Shown here one piece after another: positions 52,201 through 64,000 of a DNA stretch of 64,000 bases. How positions within the stretch are numbered: position 1 is the stretch's first letter; every line of letters starts with the position of its first letter. A program made the translations under genes and the position numbers. The DNA is from Azolla caroliniana (Eukaryota > Plantae > Polypodiophyta), in the NCBI GenBank assembly GCA_043228905.1, contig JBHGNT010000015.1, positions 11,718,001-11,782,000 of the forward strand, in the 5' to 3' direction. The notes under the pieces were generated by a model. That model was not told the DNA's origin and did no database searches. It worked only from the letters and a program-made list of their open reading frames with translations.

Positions 52201-53321
52201 AGAGAGAGAGAGAGAGAGAGAGTCAATACACACAACTCTATTAAAAAATAATACTCAATTTGTACATAGAATGTGCTCAGTGAGCCCTTTTATACAAGTC
52301 CATATGGACTGACAGAAGTACTGACACGTACTTCAATGCTCATAAATGAGCTCTACACTAACTCTCAAAATATATTCCTACGCGGAATATCTTTCCAACG
52401 GCCTCGCGGTTTACACACCGCTACAACTTCTTGTTGTGCACCAGGTTTACACACCGGTCCTGCCTAACTGATCGGTCCCAACCGATCCGGTTGTCGGCTT
52501 GCACAGTCGATCCGACCAATGTTGAGCTTGTATCTCAATAGGTGTGACATCCTTACCGTCCTAAAAATTGAGAGAGAACAAATGACTCCCAACTAGCTCA
52601 AAACAACGTGTGGAGGAAGTCACCCAATTAAATGATTGACTAGATATCAAAATTATATAACTTCACAAAAGAGCAAAGGATCTCGACTAAGTACAAACAA
52701 AATTTGGCCCACTAAAAGATAAGATCTGATGCCTTGAGACCACATTGGAGGCAAATATATAAATAAAGCAAACTCCTTCTTGAAGGTGCATGTGCAAAGA
52801 GGGAAAAGGTAGAAAGAAATTACCAAGCTACGCACAGAGAGACAAGTCCTTGACAAGAACTTCGTGAATGCGAAATCTTCCACTTGAACAAGAGGAACAT
52901 TTGACAAAACTCACCGCGAGCCAACCTAACACAATACAACCCATACAATGTATGTGAACACAACATTATATCTCACAACCCATACAATGTAAGTCTCTAG
53001 TCATTTTAGAATAAACGAAGCAGGCTCTCCTGGTTTGTTAGCCACAAAGAAAGTATTCTATGAAAATGACCAATCAGCAATCATGCAATGGGCAAAGTTC
53101 ATTAATGGTATGGTTGTACTGCAGACAACAATCATTCCCAACATGGACATCATCGACCTTGTATATTTTTCGCCTACGCAAATGACATGACCATGTTGGA
53201 GGGTAAGGAACAACTGAAGAACCTCTTCACTGCTCTTGGAAAGCTACACGCAATTGCTTGAGATTTGTCAAAGCCATACCTGAGAGGAAAGATGGTTGCT
53301 ATCACTAATAAGTTTCAACCG

Positions 53322-54294
53322 TGTTAGAGTTATGTTCTAAAGTAAGCATGAGATAAGTATATATTTGATATAAAATAAGAGAGGAGAGAGAGAAAGAAGG
53401 GTGTCGATCCACCCAACCACCCTTGAGCGAAGGGATCGAGACGGACTCGAGCCTCGATCGGCGTCCCATACCATCGTCGTGGCGTCGAGTCGTACCTACT
53501 ATTGGCGTGCTCGCTACAAGAGTTGACCCACCACAAGAATGAAGTTTCGACGTAGCCAAGAGATAATCGAATGAGGGTAGCTTGACCTCATATTTATAGC
53601 TAGACCCAAGGACCCCAGGCAAGTTCACACTTGGCCTAATGGGTTGTCTCAATCCCGAGGATTATTAAAAGTAATCCTTCCCCTCTTTACACTCTTGTTT
53701 AACCCTCACACCTTATCCACGTGTATAGAATACTACGGTAAATTCGCACATGCCTGTAACATACTCCCCCCTCTTTAAAACATTGCACTCTTGCAATGAA
53801 AAGTTAGGGAAGTTAATTCTAAGACTATTTTCGCGTTCCCATGTGACATCTTTATAGACTCATCCATCCATTTAATTTTAAATTCTCGGATTATTTTAAA
53901 ACACAAACTTTTTGTTTTAACATGGAGAATTCTTTCTGGTACATGTGGTTTAGAAGATAATTCTTCAGAAGTAACCAGAGTTTCAGGTGTCACTATATTG
54001 TCACCAAAACCAAGAAGTTCTTTTAAACGACTTACATGAAAAACTGGATGAATGTCAATGCCATCCGGAAGAGCGAGACGATAGGTTGATGAACCAATCC
54101 GTTTGAGGACTGTAAAAGGTCCACAAAACCGTGGGGCTAACTTAGCGCACTTACTCGTAGACAATGTCTTAGCATTGTGAGGTACACGTAAAAATACCTT
54201 CTGTAAAGGGTTGAATAAACGAGGTTACCTATTATGATCTGCATAAAAAAGCGCTCTATCTGGAGCTATTTTTATATTATCTCGTGCAATATCC
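53322..54294 (-). mobile_element. Chromovirus remnant: integrase C-terminus/chromodomain, PPT and 3' LTR (53322-53761)
   Basis: KLAPRFCGPFTVLKRIG, IHPVFHVSRLK, PERIL...IKW. Purine tract (CTCCCCCCTCTT on +) next to a TGTTA...TAACA LTR. Confidence 0.85.
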
Positions 54295-54695
54295 CATTGT
54301 TGTTAAAAAACACGTACTTTATAGATAGAGTACGTTTTAGAATACCCACACGTATTCTAAACGTATTCAACCTTTTGGAACTGTCATTTTTTCTAAGCGT
54401 AAATTTGTAAATAATTTAAAAATTAATTTTCTAGGGTTTCTTTTAGTAGAGAAAAAGAAAATAATTATGTAAATATTGAAACACCATTTATCCATGGGCA
54501 ATAAAGATAATTGGTATTTACTATATAGTATTCAAATTCCAAGTATCTTTGCATTCAACATCAATGGTGTTCAAGTATTCGATGTATTCAACAACCTATT
54601 CAACGTATTGAAAATGTATTCAATGTATTCTAAGAATTTATAAAAAAATTTAGAATACTTATAAAAGACGTAGCATACGTATTGTACGCATATGG
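54295..54695. mobile_element. Partial non-autonomous DNA transposon (hAT/MITE-like)
   Basis: Starts CATTGTTGTTAAAA where the integrase similarity stops; AT-rich with repeated ACGTATTC-type motifs; second end not seen. Confidence 0.4.
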
Positions 54696-55183
54696 TGTCG
54701 TGCCTGTTGGCGCCAGATCGTTGCGTGAGTCGGGTGGGAACCACTGGGGTTTTGGACTAGGAGGAGGAAGAATTTGAGATGAGTCTAGTTATGAATAGAT
54801 TATTAGAAAGAGAGATAGAAACTTGTGAATCCCACAAGTATAGTTGTTTTAGTTTACCTTAATCGTAGTAATAAATTGAAATAGTTTAGAATAGATTAGA
54901 GTAGATTGAGAAAAGGGATCAAAACTTGTGAATCCCACAAGTATTATATTAATCAATATTTATGTAAGAATATGAATGTAGATTGAAAGAGAAGGAGATA
55001 GAAACCTCGTGAATTCCACGAGTATAGTTTATGTCGTGAATCCCACGAATATAATTTATTAATTTGTGTTTTTAGAAATATATCCAATTTCCAAAGTTTT
55101 CACACTCCTATTACATTGTGCTCCCCATCCTTATATAGTGATGAGAGAGTCTTAGCAATCCATGCTTTTTTTTTCTAACAAGG
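54696..55183 (-). mobile_element. Partial LTR, interrupted at 55184
   Basis: TGTCGTG terminus and repeated GTGAATCCCAC(A/G)AG motifs resembling the reverse complement of motifs in 26126-27012. Confidence 0.5.
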
Positions 55184-55811
55184 TGTCAAGGCCTTAGCTT
55201 GACAAAACAAGATTGAACAAGAGAAGAAAAGAAAGAGAGAACAATGACTATATTTTTATTATAATAGGAAAATATACAAGAGCAAGAACTAGAATATATG
55301 CCAAAGACTGGTGTTCAACTAGAATGGTTCTAACAATACAATATGTCCTACTTATATAGGAGTAGTATGTGCCCCTTGGATGCTTGTAGGGTCATGATAC
55401 CCTTTGGGATGTTGTAGGGTCATGATACCCTTTGGGATATTGAAGGGTCATGGCACCCTTTGGGATATTGAAGGGTCAAGGCACCCTTTGGATATTTATA
55501 GGGTTACATTATCAATATTATAATAAAGTAAATTATAATATCTTTAATCTTTACGTAAAACATATATAACCTAATGGCTAGAGTTGAGTGCACCTCCTTA
55601 GGAGGTCACAGGTTCAAATCACCCTAAACCTCATGGGGTTTCATCTACTCATGACACCATCTCCCTCCTTCGATGATGAGTTCCACGAGTCGTAATGCAT
55701 GAATTGGGGCTTGGCTTATTTGGATATTGACGATGAAATTCAGCTACCAAATTGGAGGCCTTGTCAAGGTTCTTGGCCGGTTCCCAAGTACGATCATTAG
55801 GTGTATAACCT
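55184..55811 (-). mobile_element. 3' LTR (55184-55656), PPT and chromodomain end of a second Tcn1/sushi-like gypsy element
   Basis: TGTCA...TGACA LTR with ~27-bp internal tandem repeats; PPT AAGGAGGGAGATGG; chromodomain tail GYTPNDRTWEPAKNL...VAEFHRQYPNKP. Confidence 0.85.
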
Positions 55812-58800
55812 TGTAAAGAATCAATGGTGATTCTTGTGTAGCGGGAGAGATGTGTGTTATGTGTATGTGTGAGAGGAAAGAGGAGAGGAGAGAAACACAA
55901 GATGGATAAGAGACAAAATGAAGTACTCAAGAAGAAGGAGAATATGATAAATGAAAATGTAGCATTACAAGGAGTCACAACCGACTTAGTATGAAGTATG
56001 AGGAGGGTGCTTTATTTAGAGTCACCCTCTCTCTTCATTAACTAACTACAACAACCACTCTCTCTCTTGGGGAATGTGAAGACTCATAGTCATGGGGAAT
56101 ATGTAACTCATTAGTTATGTGTCATAGAATATGATTCTATGACACATAGTTAATGTGTAGAGAGTAGTACTGTGACTTTTTACTTTTGAGTAATCATAGA
56201 TTCTCAAAAGGTGTGTTCACACGTTGTGCTATGTTGAGGTTGATTCTCAACACGCCTCCTCAGGCTCAACTCGGGTTGGTTCCTTTCGATTGATGTCTGC
56301 TTCGGTTGGTATCCGGTTCGGACGATCTCCGGTGTCCACTTCGGCTCGTACCCGGTTCAGACGGTATCCGGTTCTCGCTTATACTCCCCCTCAAGCTTGG
56401 CAAGTCAGGGATCGTCAATACAAGGTCTGACATGAATTGCCGAAGCTTGTCGGCTCCTAAGGCTTTGGTGAAGATGTCGACCGTCTGAAGATTTGTGTTG
56501 ATGTGTTGAAGGTCGACATCTCCCGCTTGTACGTGCTCTCGAATGAAGTGATATTGTACTTCGATGTGCTTTGTGCGCGCGTGGAACACCGGGTTTCGAG
56601 CCAGATATATACTACTCATATTGTCGCAGTAAATGGGAGTAAGATCCTTGATGGGGACACCCAGATCCTTCAAAATCCTCTTGAGCGATATGACTTCACA
56701 TACAGCTATAATAGTGCCCCTGTATTCGACCTTTGTACTCGAAAGTGCACAGTAGGCTGCTTCTTACTACTCCAAGATATTGCTCTGCTACCGAGCGAAA
56801 AGACAAATCCGGAGGTCGATCGTCGATCGGCTTTGTAGCCTGCCCAGTCCGCGTTTGTGTACCCTTCGAGTTGTATTGGTGTGGCCGATGCATAGAGAAC
56901 GTTGTAATCCATTGTGCCGCTCACGCATCATAATACTCGCTTAACACAATCGAAATGGATATCTCGCGGAGTTTGCATGAATTGGCTAAGGAGTCCGACT
57001 AGATAGCTAAGGTCGGGTCGAGTGATCGTGAGATAGATGGGGCTCCCAATTAGTTGACGATATTGGGTCGGCTCGCACTCATCTGTGCCGGATTCAACAT
57101 CTAGTTTGAGGTTTCGATCGAGAGGCATAGCGACCGATTTGCACTCCATCATCTCGAACTTGTATAACAAGTTGAGGATGTAGTGTTGTTGAGAGATCAT
57201 AATGCCGGTCAGAATCTGAATTACTTCGATGCCAAGGAAGTAATGGAGCTCCTTCATGTCCGTCATCTTGAATTTTCCGAAGAGGAAGGACTTGACCTTG
57301 TTGATGTCGACTAGACTTTCATCTCCAATGACCAGATCATCCACGTATAGGATGAATCAGATGACAATTAGGCTTCTAGAGTCATGTCGTATGTAGAGGG
57401 AGTTATCGGATTTCGACATTCGAAAGCCGATTTGATGAAGATAGTGTGTAATCTTTTAATGCCAAGCACGCAATGCTTGCTTGAGACTGTAGAGAGGCTT
57501 CTTGAGTTGGCATACGGCTTTTGGATGAATGCGCGATTCGAAGCTGGGTGGTTGTACCATGGACACCTCCTCGTCTAATTCGCCCTAAAGAAAGGCGTTC
57601 TTGACGTCCATTTGGTGGAGGTGCCACCCTTTTGCTGTTGCAAGTGCGATCACGGTCCGCACCGTTGTCATCTTTGCCACTGGGGCAAAGGTCTCTGACG
57701 GGAACTCCTAGCTCCTTATGCGCAACGCTCGGCCACAACCGAGCTTCTTTTCATACACAGAAAACGGGAAATAAAACACGACACAAAGAGGAGAAATGGT
57801 ACACAGGAGGTTAACGTGGAAAACCCCAACCTAAGGGAAAAACCACGGCAGCCCACAGGCTGCAAACTATCACTATGTAGGAATATACAACAGTGAGTTC
57901 ACTGAGGCAACGACCTCGTGCTCACAAATCTTCCCCACAGGCGGCGGTTACAACAGAGGCAACGACCTCGTCTCTCTCTCTCTCTCTCTGTACAGTTACA
58001 CACTATCTCTTCTTCTTGCACCAACAAGAAGATTAACGACAACATCATTAGTTTTGCCCTAAGTCATATTTATACTTATATGACTTTTCGGCTATTTACA
58101 AATATAGCCACAATGGGCTCTCAGAAACATATTTACGAATATGTCTCTTCCTCCGGTTCATACCGGGTCTGCACCATCCGGCTCTCCGTAGCCGGGTACT
58201 CCTCATCCGGCATCCGGCTCTCCGTAGCCGGGTAGTCCTCATCCGGTTCATACCAGGCCTGCACCTTCCGGCTCTCCGTAGCCGGGTACTCCTCATCCGG
58301 TTCATACCGGGCCTGCACCATCCGGCTCTCCGTAGCCGGGTAGTCCTCATCCAGTTCGTACCGGGCCTGCACCATCTGGCTCTCCGTAGCCGGGTACTCC
58401 TCATACCGGATGGGACTGTTCTTCTCCCTTCACATCCGGAGGGACTTCTCTCCCAACAGTCTCTTCATAGTCAACTCCATGTGTTTGTGTGTATCATTTT
58501 GCTACGAGTCGAGCTTTGTAGCGGTTGATGGAGCCGTCGGCGTCATACTTCACCTTGTTGATCCATCTGTAGCCAAATTCCTTGTTGTGCGTTGAGTGGG
58601 GAATGAGATCCCATGTCTCGTTCTTGCGTAGTGCATGCATCTCCTCGTTCATTGCTTCCATCCATCGTGGGTCCTTCGTGGCTTCGGAAAACGTTTTTGG
58701 CTCCTGTAGTGTTGTTACCTTCATCGTAAAAGCGTAATGGTACGCCATATAATCATTGTAGCCAAATCGGCTTACGGGGTTCTTTTCACGGGTGGATCGG

Positions 58801-60467
58801 CAGAGCTTCTCATTTGTGGATACTACGGCTTTCTCCGCTCCATTTGTCCGGATCTCAAGGCCTTCGAACTCACTATCGAGGGAGTGAGTCGATTCGTTGC
58901 CGTCGAAGTGATTGTCTTCATACTCTGGCATTTTGGCCTTCCCTTTGTCTAGCTTCGAACTTGGTCGAGATGTGCTTTGATCACTAGGAGGCTCTTGTGG
59001 TCCACTCAGTCGGGTCGTGATTGGACTTTCTTCAAACATGCGCGTGATGCGATCTTCATCTTCCAGCTCTTGTTCGGCGTATTCCGGGTCAAGCGGAATC
59101 GGAGTCGAAGTTGTCTCTAGTGCGTACTAGGATGTGGACTCGTCAAAAACAACGGACTCTCGACTTACGAGAACTTTTCGAGTTGAGAGGTTGTAGCACT
59201 TGTACCCCTTTTCCTCCAGTGAATATCCGATGAGGATACATTTCTCCGACTTCGGGTCGAGCTTTTGTTGCTTTTCGTCGGGGATGTGCACATACGCCAT
59301 GGAGCTGAATATCCGAACATGCGATAGGTTCGGCTTCTTTCCCAAAAACTTCTCGTGCGGCGGGAGGTCATGCACGCAGGATGTCGTACACCGATTCATG
59401 AGTTGTCGGCTAGTGGAAGCCGATTCACGTATCTTCTTTCTGCATTCTTCTTCGTGGTGACCGATTTTTCGGCAATATCCGCATTGGACCGATCTTTGTC
59501 GGTTCAGACCGGAATGGAAGCTCCCCCTTGTTCTGAAGGTTCCTCGATTGCTTCCATCTTGATGCCAAATTGCGAGTTGTTTTCATAAATCGGGCCTTGT
59601 CCGCCACGTCCTTGGCCGAATCGGCCTCTTCTTGCACGGCCGCGTCCTTTTCCTCCGTCCGAATGTGTGTAGAGCACTTGGCCTTCTGAGGCATTGTTCC
59701 TTGTTCGAATATGATTTTCTTCAACCAACAACATGGATTGAAGGTCGAAGAAGGAGGGCGGATTCTCCCGTGCTAGTACGGTGGTCCGCATCGCGCCGAA
59801 CCATGGTGGCCGTCAAGGCATATTTGCGCCATCTCGTCATCCTCCACGTTTATGCTTATCGAGCCGAGTGAGTCACAAAGCTCCTTGATCTTCAAAGTGT
59901 AGCTTGTGACTAACATATCCCTTTGTTGGATATTATTCAACTCTTGGCGGAGTTGAAGCTTCCTCGCGGTCGTGTTGGCGACGAAAATCATTCGTAGATT
60001 CTCCCACGTTTCCTTTGACGTCTTAGATTCTCGAATGTACCCAAGCATGTGGTCGTCAATACATGTCACCAAGCAATACATCACTCGGCTTGCCGCTTGC
60101 TCCCACGTTGCATAGTTGGCGTCTTCTGGGTTGGGCCGATTTTCTTGATGTAGTTCCAATAGCCTTGGCCGACAAGGTATAAGTGCATCTTGTACTCCCA
60201 AGATGCAAAGTTATTGCGATCCAACTTCTTGCTAGGGAGAGCGCTCCCCATTTGAGTATGCATTGTTGATGTAGATTTCTTCCTTCTTTTCTTTCCCTTC
60301 TCTCTTGAACACGAGCTATGTAGTCGCACTACGATAGCAATGAGCCGGGTTTTTTTAACTTCGGCGTAGAGCACAACATAGGATCATGATGAGGCGAGTG
60401 GGCTAGATCAAGTTACCAAATCGCTCTAATACCATGTAAAGAATGAATGTTGATTCTTGTGTAGTGG
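55812..60467 (-). mobile_element. Decayed, internally deleted Ty1/copia element; 5' LTR interrupted at 60468
   Basis: 3' LTR at 55812-56252; matching LTR end at 60435-60467 next to the PBS (60423-60434). Gag, RT and RH remnants present. Protease and integrase core are missing near 59400-59430. Confidence 0.88.
57696..58458 (-). mobile_element. Solo copia-type LTR (763 bp) with internal ~60-bp tandem repeats
   Basis: TG...CA termini, TSD GTCTC. Shares GGCCACAACCGAG, TTAACGTGGAAAACCC and GGGAAAAACCACGG motifs with the reverse complement of LTR 17623-18237. Confidence 0.88.
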
Positions 60468-63400
60468 TGTTGCCTCTTAGGAACACGGTCCATGGTCAGT
60501 CCGTCGACCTAGACCCCAAGGTGAGTGGGAACAACGAACAGAGCTTAAGCGTACTGCGTAAGAAGAGAACCGTTGTGGTTCCTCCGTGTGTAAGGGGAGA
60601 CGGCTACAACCGACTCCTTATCACAGGTTGCGCTTACGTACTACTACGCTTACGTATCCGAGACACAGACACTGAATTAGTCGTAGCTATACATAGAAAC
60701 TCAGAGAAGATAGTATTCTATTATCAGGCGTTCTTTTACAATTCTCAAAATTTACACGCACCTCCTTAAGAGGTTTTCTGCCCTTTATATATGCAGGGTC
60801 TAATTAGCCGTTCACGCGGGGAAGCGTGAACCGTTACATACGTTACGCTTTATATAGTTTCTTATTCCTACGCTTTTGGCCGTCGGTTACTATTCCGGCG
60901 GACAACACCTGGCACGCTTGTGGGACAGTGCCTTTGCACGTCGGACCCATCCCGTTAATCTTCTTCCAAAATGCCCCAAATGTTTGGCTCTGTTGTGGTG
61001 TCCTCGGCCGGAGTTGATGTAGGGCACGTATGTGTATCGTGGTGCGGCTCCTCTGCTTGGTCATCCTGGTTTCTCCCGGAGTCGCCTTCGCCGTGTGCGG
61101 GTGGTCCAGGTACGGTGGGCTCTTCTTGAGTTAGTGGGCTGGCCTCCGCCGGTAGCGTGCTTGCAGTCGGTTGTTGCTCCGCCTCTATTGTTACATCCTC
61201 CGTGTTGTTGGCCGTTTTTGTGTGTCCCTGGGTGTGGGGCGGGGATTCCGCTTGGTCCGCACTATTTTCCGCGTTTTCTGAAGATGGTGTGGGCTGGACC
61301 TTTTGTTGGTTAATGGTTTCGATGTCTGGTCTTGTGGGTGACTCCGCTCGTTCGTCCCCGCTATTCTCCCCCGTTGTCCTCGCTGGTGATCGGGCCTGAG
61401 GTTCCTCTTCTTCGGATGTGACCGGAATTGGTGTCCCATTGGGTTCCTCGTTTGTGTGCGTGTTGCCGGTTTGTGTGATCTGGTGAAATAGCTCCTCCTG
61501 ACTTTCACCAAAATCATCTAGGAGTTGTGCGAGTTCTTCGGAGTGTTGGTCTGCTAACGCGCGATAGTCTTGCGCAATGCTCTCCTCGCTTAGCTTATAA
61601 AACCCTCGGCCGTCTTTCCGCTGCTTGGGTTGCCCATGCCATCCATCCTTTGTCCAGCGCCGTTTTCAATTGCGCTGTGAACCTTTCCCGGTTGGTTTGG
61701 AGAAGGATGCACACGTTATCCGTGATGGCCTAGCAGCGGTTGCATGCGTCTTCCATCGACTTCTGGAGATTTGCGATTTCTTGCTGTTTAACGGCTATCG
61801 CTTCCTCATACGTGGCCTTCAGGCCCACCCACAACTGGGATTCCTTTTCATGCTGTTTTTCTAATTTCCCCATTTCATTGTTTAGGCGGATTTCGAGTTG
61901 ATGCCTTCTGTCTTGTTCGACTACCAACTGTTCATCGAACCATACCTTCTTTTTTTCTAACAAGGCCCGAAGTCCCGCTATTGCCGCCTCTGATTTCTTC
62001 TCGTCCTCTCGTTATTGGGCGTTGTCATCTTTTGTCCGGATGTGCTGAGCCACCTCCGTAGCCAATTTCTCTTCAAGCGTTTTTACGGCTTTTTGTCCGT
62101 TAGCCCGTATCTCCTTTTCTCTGTCGGAGGATTGGCGTAGTTCTGCTCGAAGACGGTCAATTTCGGATTCCGCTAGCTGCACGGCTCTTTTTGCTTTTGA
62201 GGCGATGGCGGTCTGAGCCTCGATTTCTTCTTTGAGAGCGTTGATAACGTGGTTCGGTGGCGGGGTTTCGTGTTGCGCCGTAGTCGTGTGAGCTTCGAAC
62301 TCCGCGATGCGTGCGTTGGCCTTTTGTAATTCGGCTTCGACCAGTTTAACCTTCTTCCAGACATTCTTATTTTTTATGGCCATCTCCTTGGCGCCCGTAC
62401 TGACCTTTGCTAGTTCCCGATGGACTTCAACTAGGGCCGTGTTTAAGGGTGGTATCTCCATCCCTACTCGTCGTACCCCGACGTTCCTCTGTCTGCCGAC
62501 CCTGGCTAGCCGGTCCTCATCATCGCTCTCTGTTGTTTGTGTTAGGGCGCGCTCTATTATCTGACGTTCTGCATGCTCCTCGGCCATTCGTTGGGCGGCT
62601 TTGACCTGTTGTGTTGCTAGGAACTCCATGAGCTCGAAAGAGGTACCGAACTGCAAGAGGGCGCTGAATTCGTGGGCCGTATCCAGAATATCCAGATATG
62701 CCAAAACCTCGCTTTCCGCCGTCAATACTGCTTTCCCTCACTGGAACTGAGTCGTAATAATCGGTCGCAGCTCCCGGATGATTTCGAAGGTAGTATTCGG
62801 CTCTGCTATTGCGGGGCCTTCGCCTGCTGTCGGTGCCTCCGGATCCGTGGGGGCGTTTTTTACCAACCCCCGCCCATCTTTTCTGTCCAATCTATGCCGT
62901 TTTGGTCTAGGGCTTTCCCCCCGTGCTTCGGTGTCTGGTTCTGGGGCTACCTCCATGGGGTGTCTCGGCTGTTCCTCCTGCGTCACCCGTGTATCCGGTT
63001 GGTCGGTAGGAGGTGTTGTCCTTGGGCCTGGTTGGGCCAGTTGGGGTTCCTCCTCCCACTCTCGGGCCGCTAACTCCGCTAACCTGCATTTCACGGAGCG
63101 GGGCGGAGCCGTGGGTTGGCTGGGTTGTGGTGCTGGTAGGCCTCGGGGTGGAAACAGTACTGTAAGGTATTGTTGGATGATTAGCCTGTGCTTTTTGCCT
63201 ACTTGGTACACATGCAAGCCTTCCCTTAACCCTGGCCCTATGATGACCCCCCAGTCGACTGTACGCCCCTCAAAGGTGTCGATAATGATGGCCACCTTCT
63301 GTTTAGGCATCCTGTAAGCGTTGACATGGACGCAGCCTACTTCCAGTAGGAACTTGGCAAATTCACGGAAGAAGGGATCCGGAATCTGTTTTGTTCTATA

Positions 63401-64000
63401 GGCTTTGGCGGAGGATGAGTATGGACCAAAATACCGCTGCAGCGCCTCTGTAGGAGGTTTTTCGAAATGTCTTTCGCCTAGTGAGGATAGGTCTAACTTC
63501 TTCCGAATGGAAGAGTTGGTGACCGTGTCGATGTTAAGCCGCCTGGCGATGTCCATGGCGTCCGGGTGCGGAGGTGCTTCTGCGAACCGAATGTAACCAT
63601 CCAGACGCTTCTCCACGAGCCATCGGCGTAGGGCAGTAGAGATGAAGATCGACATCGCCAAAGTAGGTTCGTGGAGAGGAGACGGGTAGCAGTGGTGAGT
63701 TGGAGCTCTGAGATGTGATGGGGAAGAAGGTGAGGAGGAGCGATGGGAGCGTTGATAGCTAGACGCTGTGTTTCTGCTTTGTGCAGAAAACCTTCTATTT
63801 CCTTCTTTTTGTGGCTTAGGGTTCATTGGGCGGTGAGCCATCGTGGTGCCGCGTGTTCTTGAACTAGGAGTTTGTGCATGCCTTTACTCGTTTTAATAGT
63901 CGCTATCTTCTCTTCTTCTTCTTCTTTTTTTTCATAACGGTTAGTTACCCCCTATTTTTACATTAAAGTACAATTGGGCCTGTCCCTTTTATGCTGCGGG
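60468..64000 (-). mobile_element. Athila/Tat-like gypsy element, copy 2: 3' LTR (60468-60907) and extra 3' ORF; the rest is outside the window
   Basis: The LTR is the reverse-complement homolog of 11715-12156. The interior is colinear with 23580-26120. Confidence 0.9.
60950..63841 (-). pseudogene. Extra 3' ORF of copy 2 (roughly 900-950 codons when intact)
   Basis: Consecutive ORF pieces from the ATG at 63841 separated by single stops; homologous to 23676-26125. C-terminal end uncertain. Confidence 0.78.

Larger units (their letters stand above)
35077..52540 (-). mobile_element. Decayed Ty1/copia element whose 3' LTR is split by the DNA transposon
   Basis: TSD GGTGT at 35072-35076 and 52541-52545. 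LTRs at 51907-52540 and 35077-35180 plus 46738-47107. Met-type PBS at 51895-51906, PPT at 47108-47118. Broken gag, PR (YVDSG), INT (IHSDVWG, NGVAERKN), RT (LYVDDL) and RH ORFs at 47444-51817. Confidence 0.93.

Overview
Eukaryotic, land-plant DNA; a non-seed plant such as a fern is my inference from the element mix. Most of the window is nested transposable elements. Left to right: a self-priming-type Ty3/gypsy element with open gag and pol (runs off the left edge); a decayed L1-type LINE; an Athila/Tat-like gypsy element with a large extra 3' ORF, interrupted by a solo LTR and a very young Ty1/copia element; LINE tails; and the only host-type gene, an intronless GDSL esterase/lipase with a frameshift (31963-33256). 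Next comes a copia element (35077-52540, TSD GGTGT) whose LTR is split by an 11.6-kb DNA transposon with terminal inverted repeats (35181-46737), then a 5-6 layer nest of LTR elements to the right edge. Two things stand out. (1) The DNA transposon has an intact spliced Sola2-like transposase, a convergent RING-finger gene and an FCP1-like pseudo-phosphatase ORF. Both genes have a large intron filled with arrays of the palindrome TAGCTAATTAGCTA, which also sits beside both TIRs. (2) The Athila/Tat-like family has no polypurine tract before its 3' LTR. In its place is a copy of the 3' end of the same tRNA that its 5' primer-binding site (PBS) is complementary to, i.e. a second, inverted PBS. All coordinates, splice sites and identities were read by eye; no searches were run.
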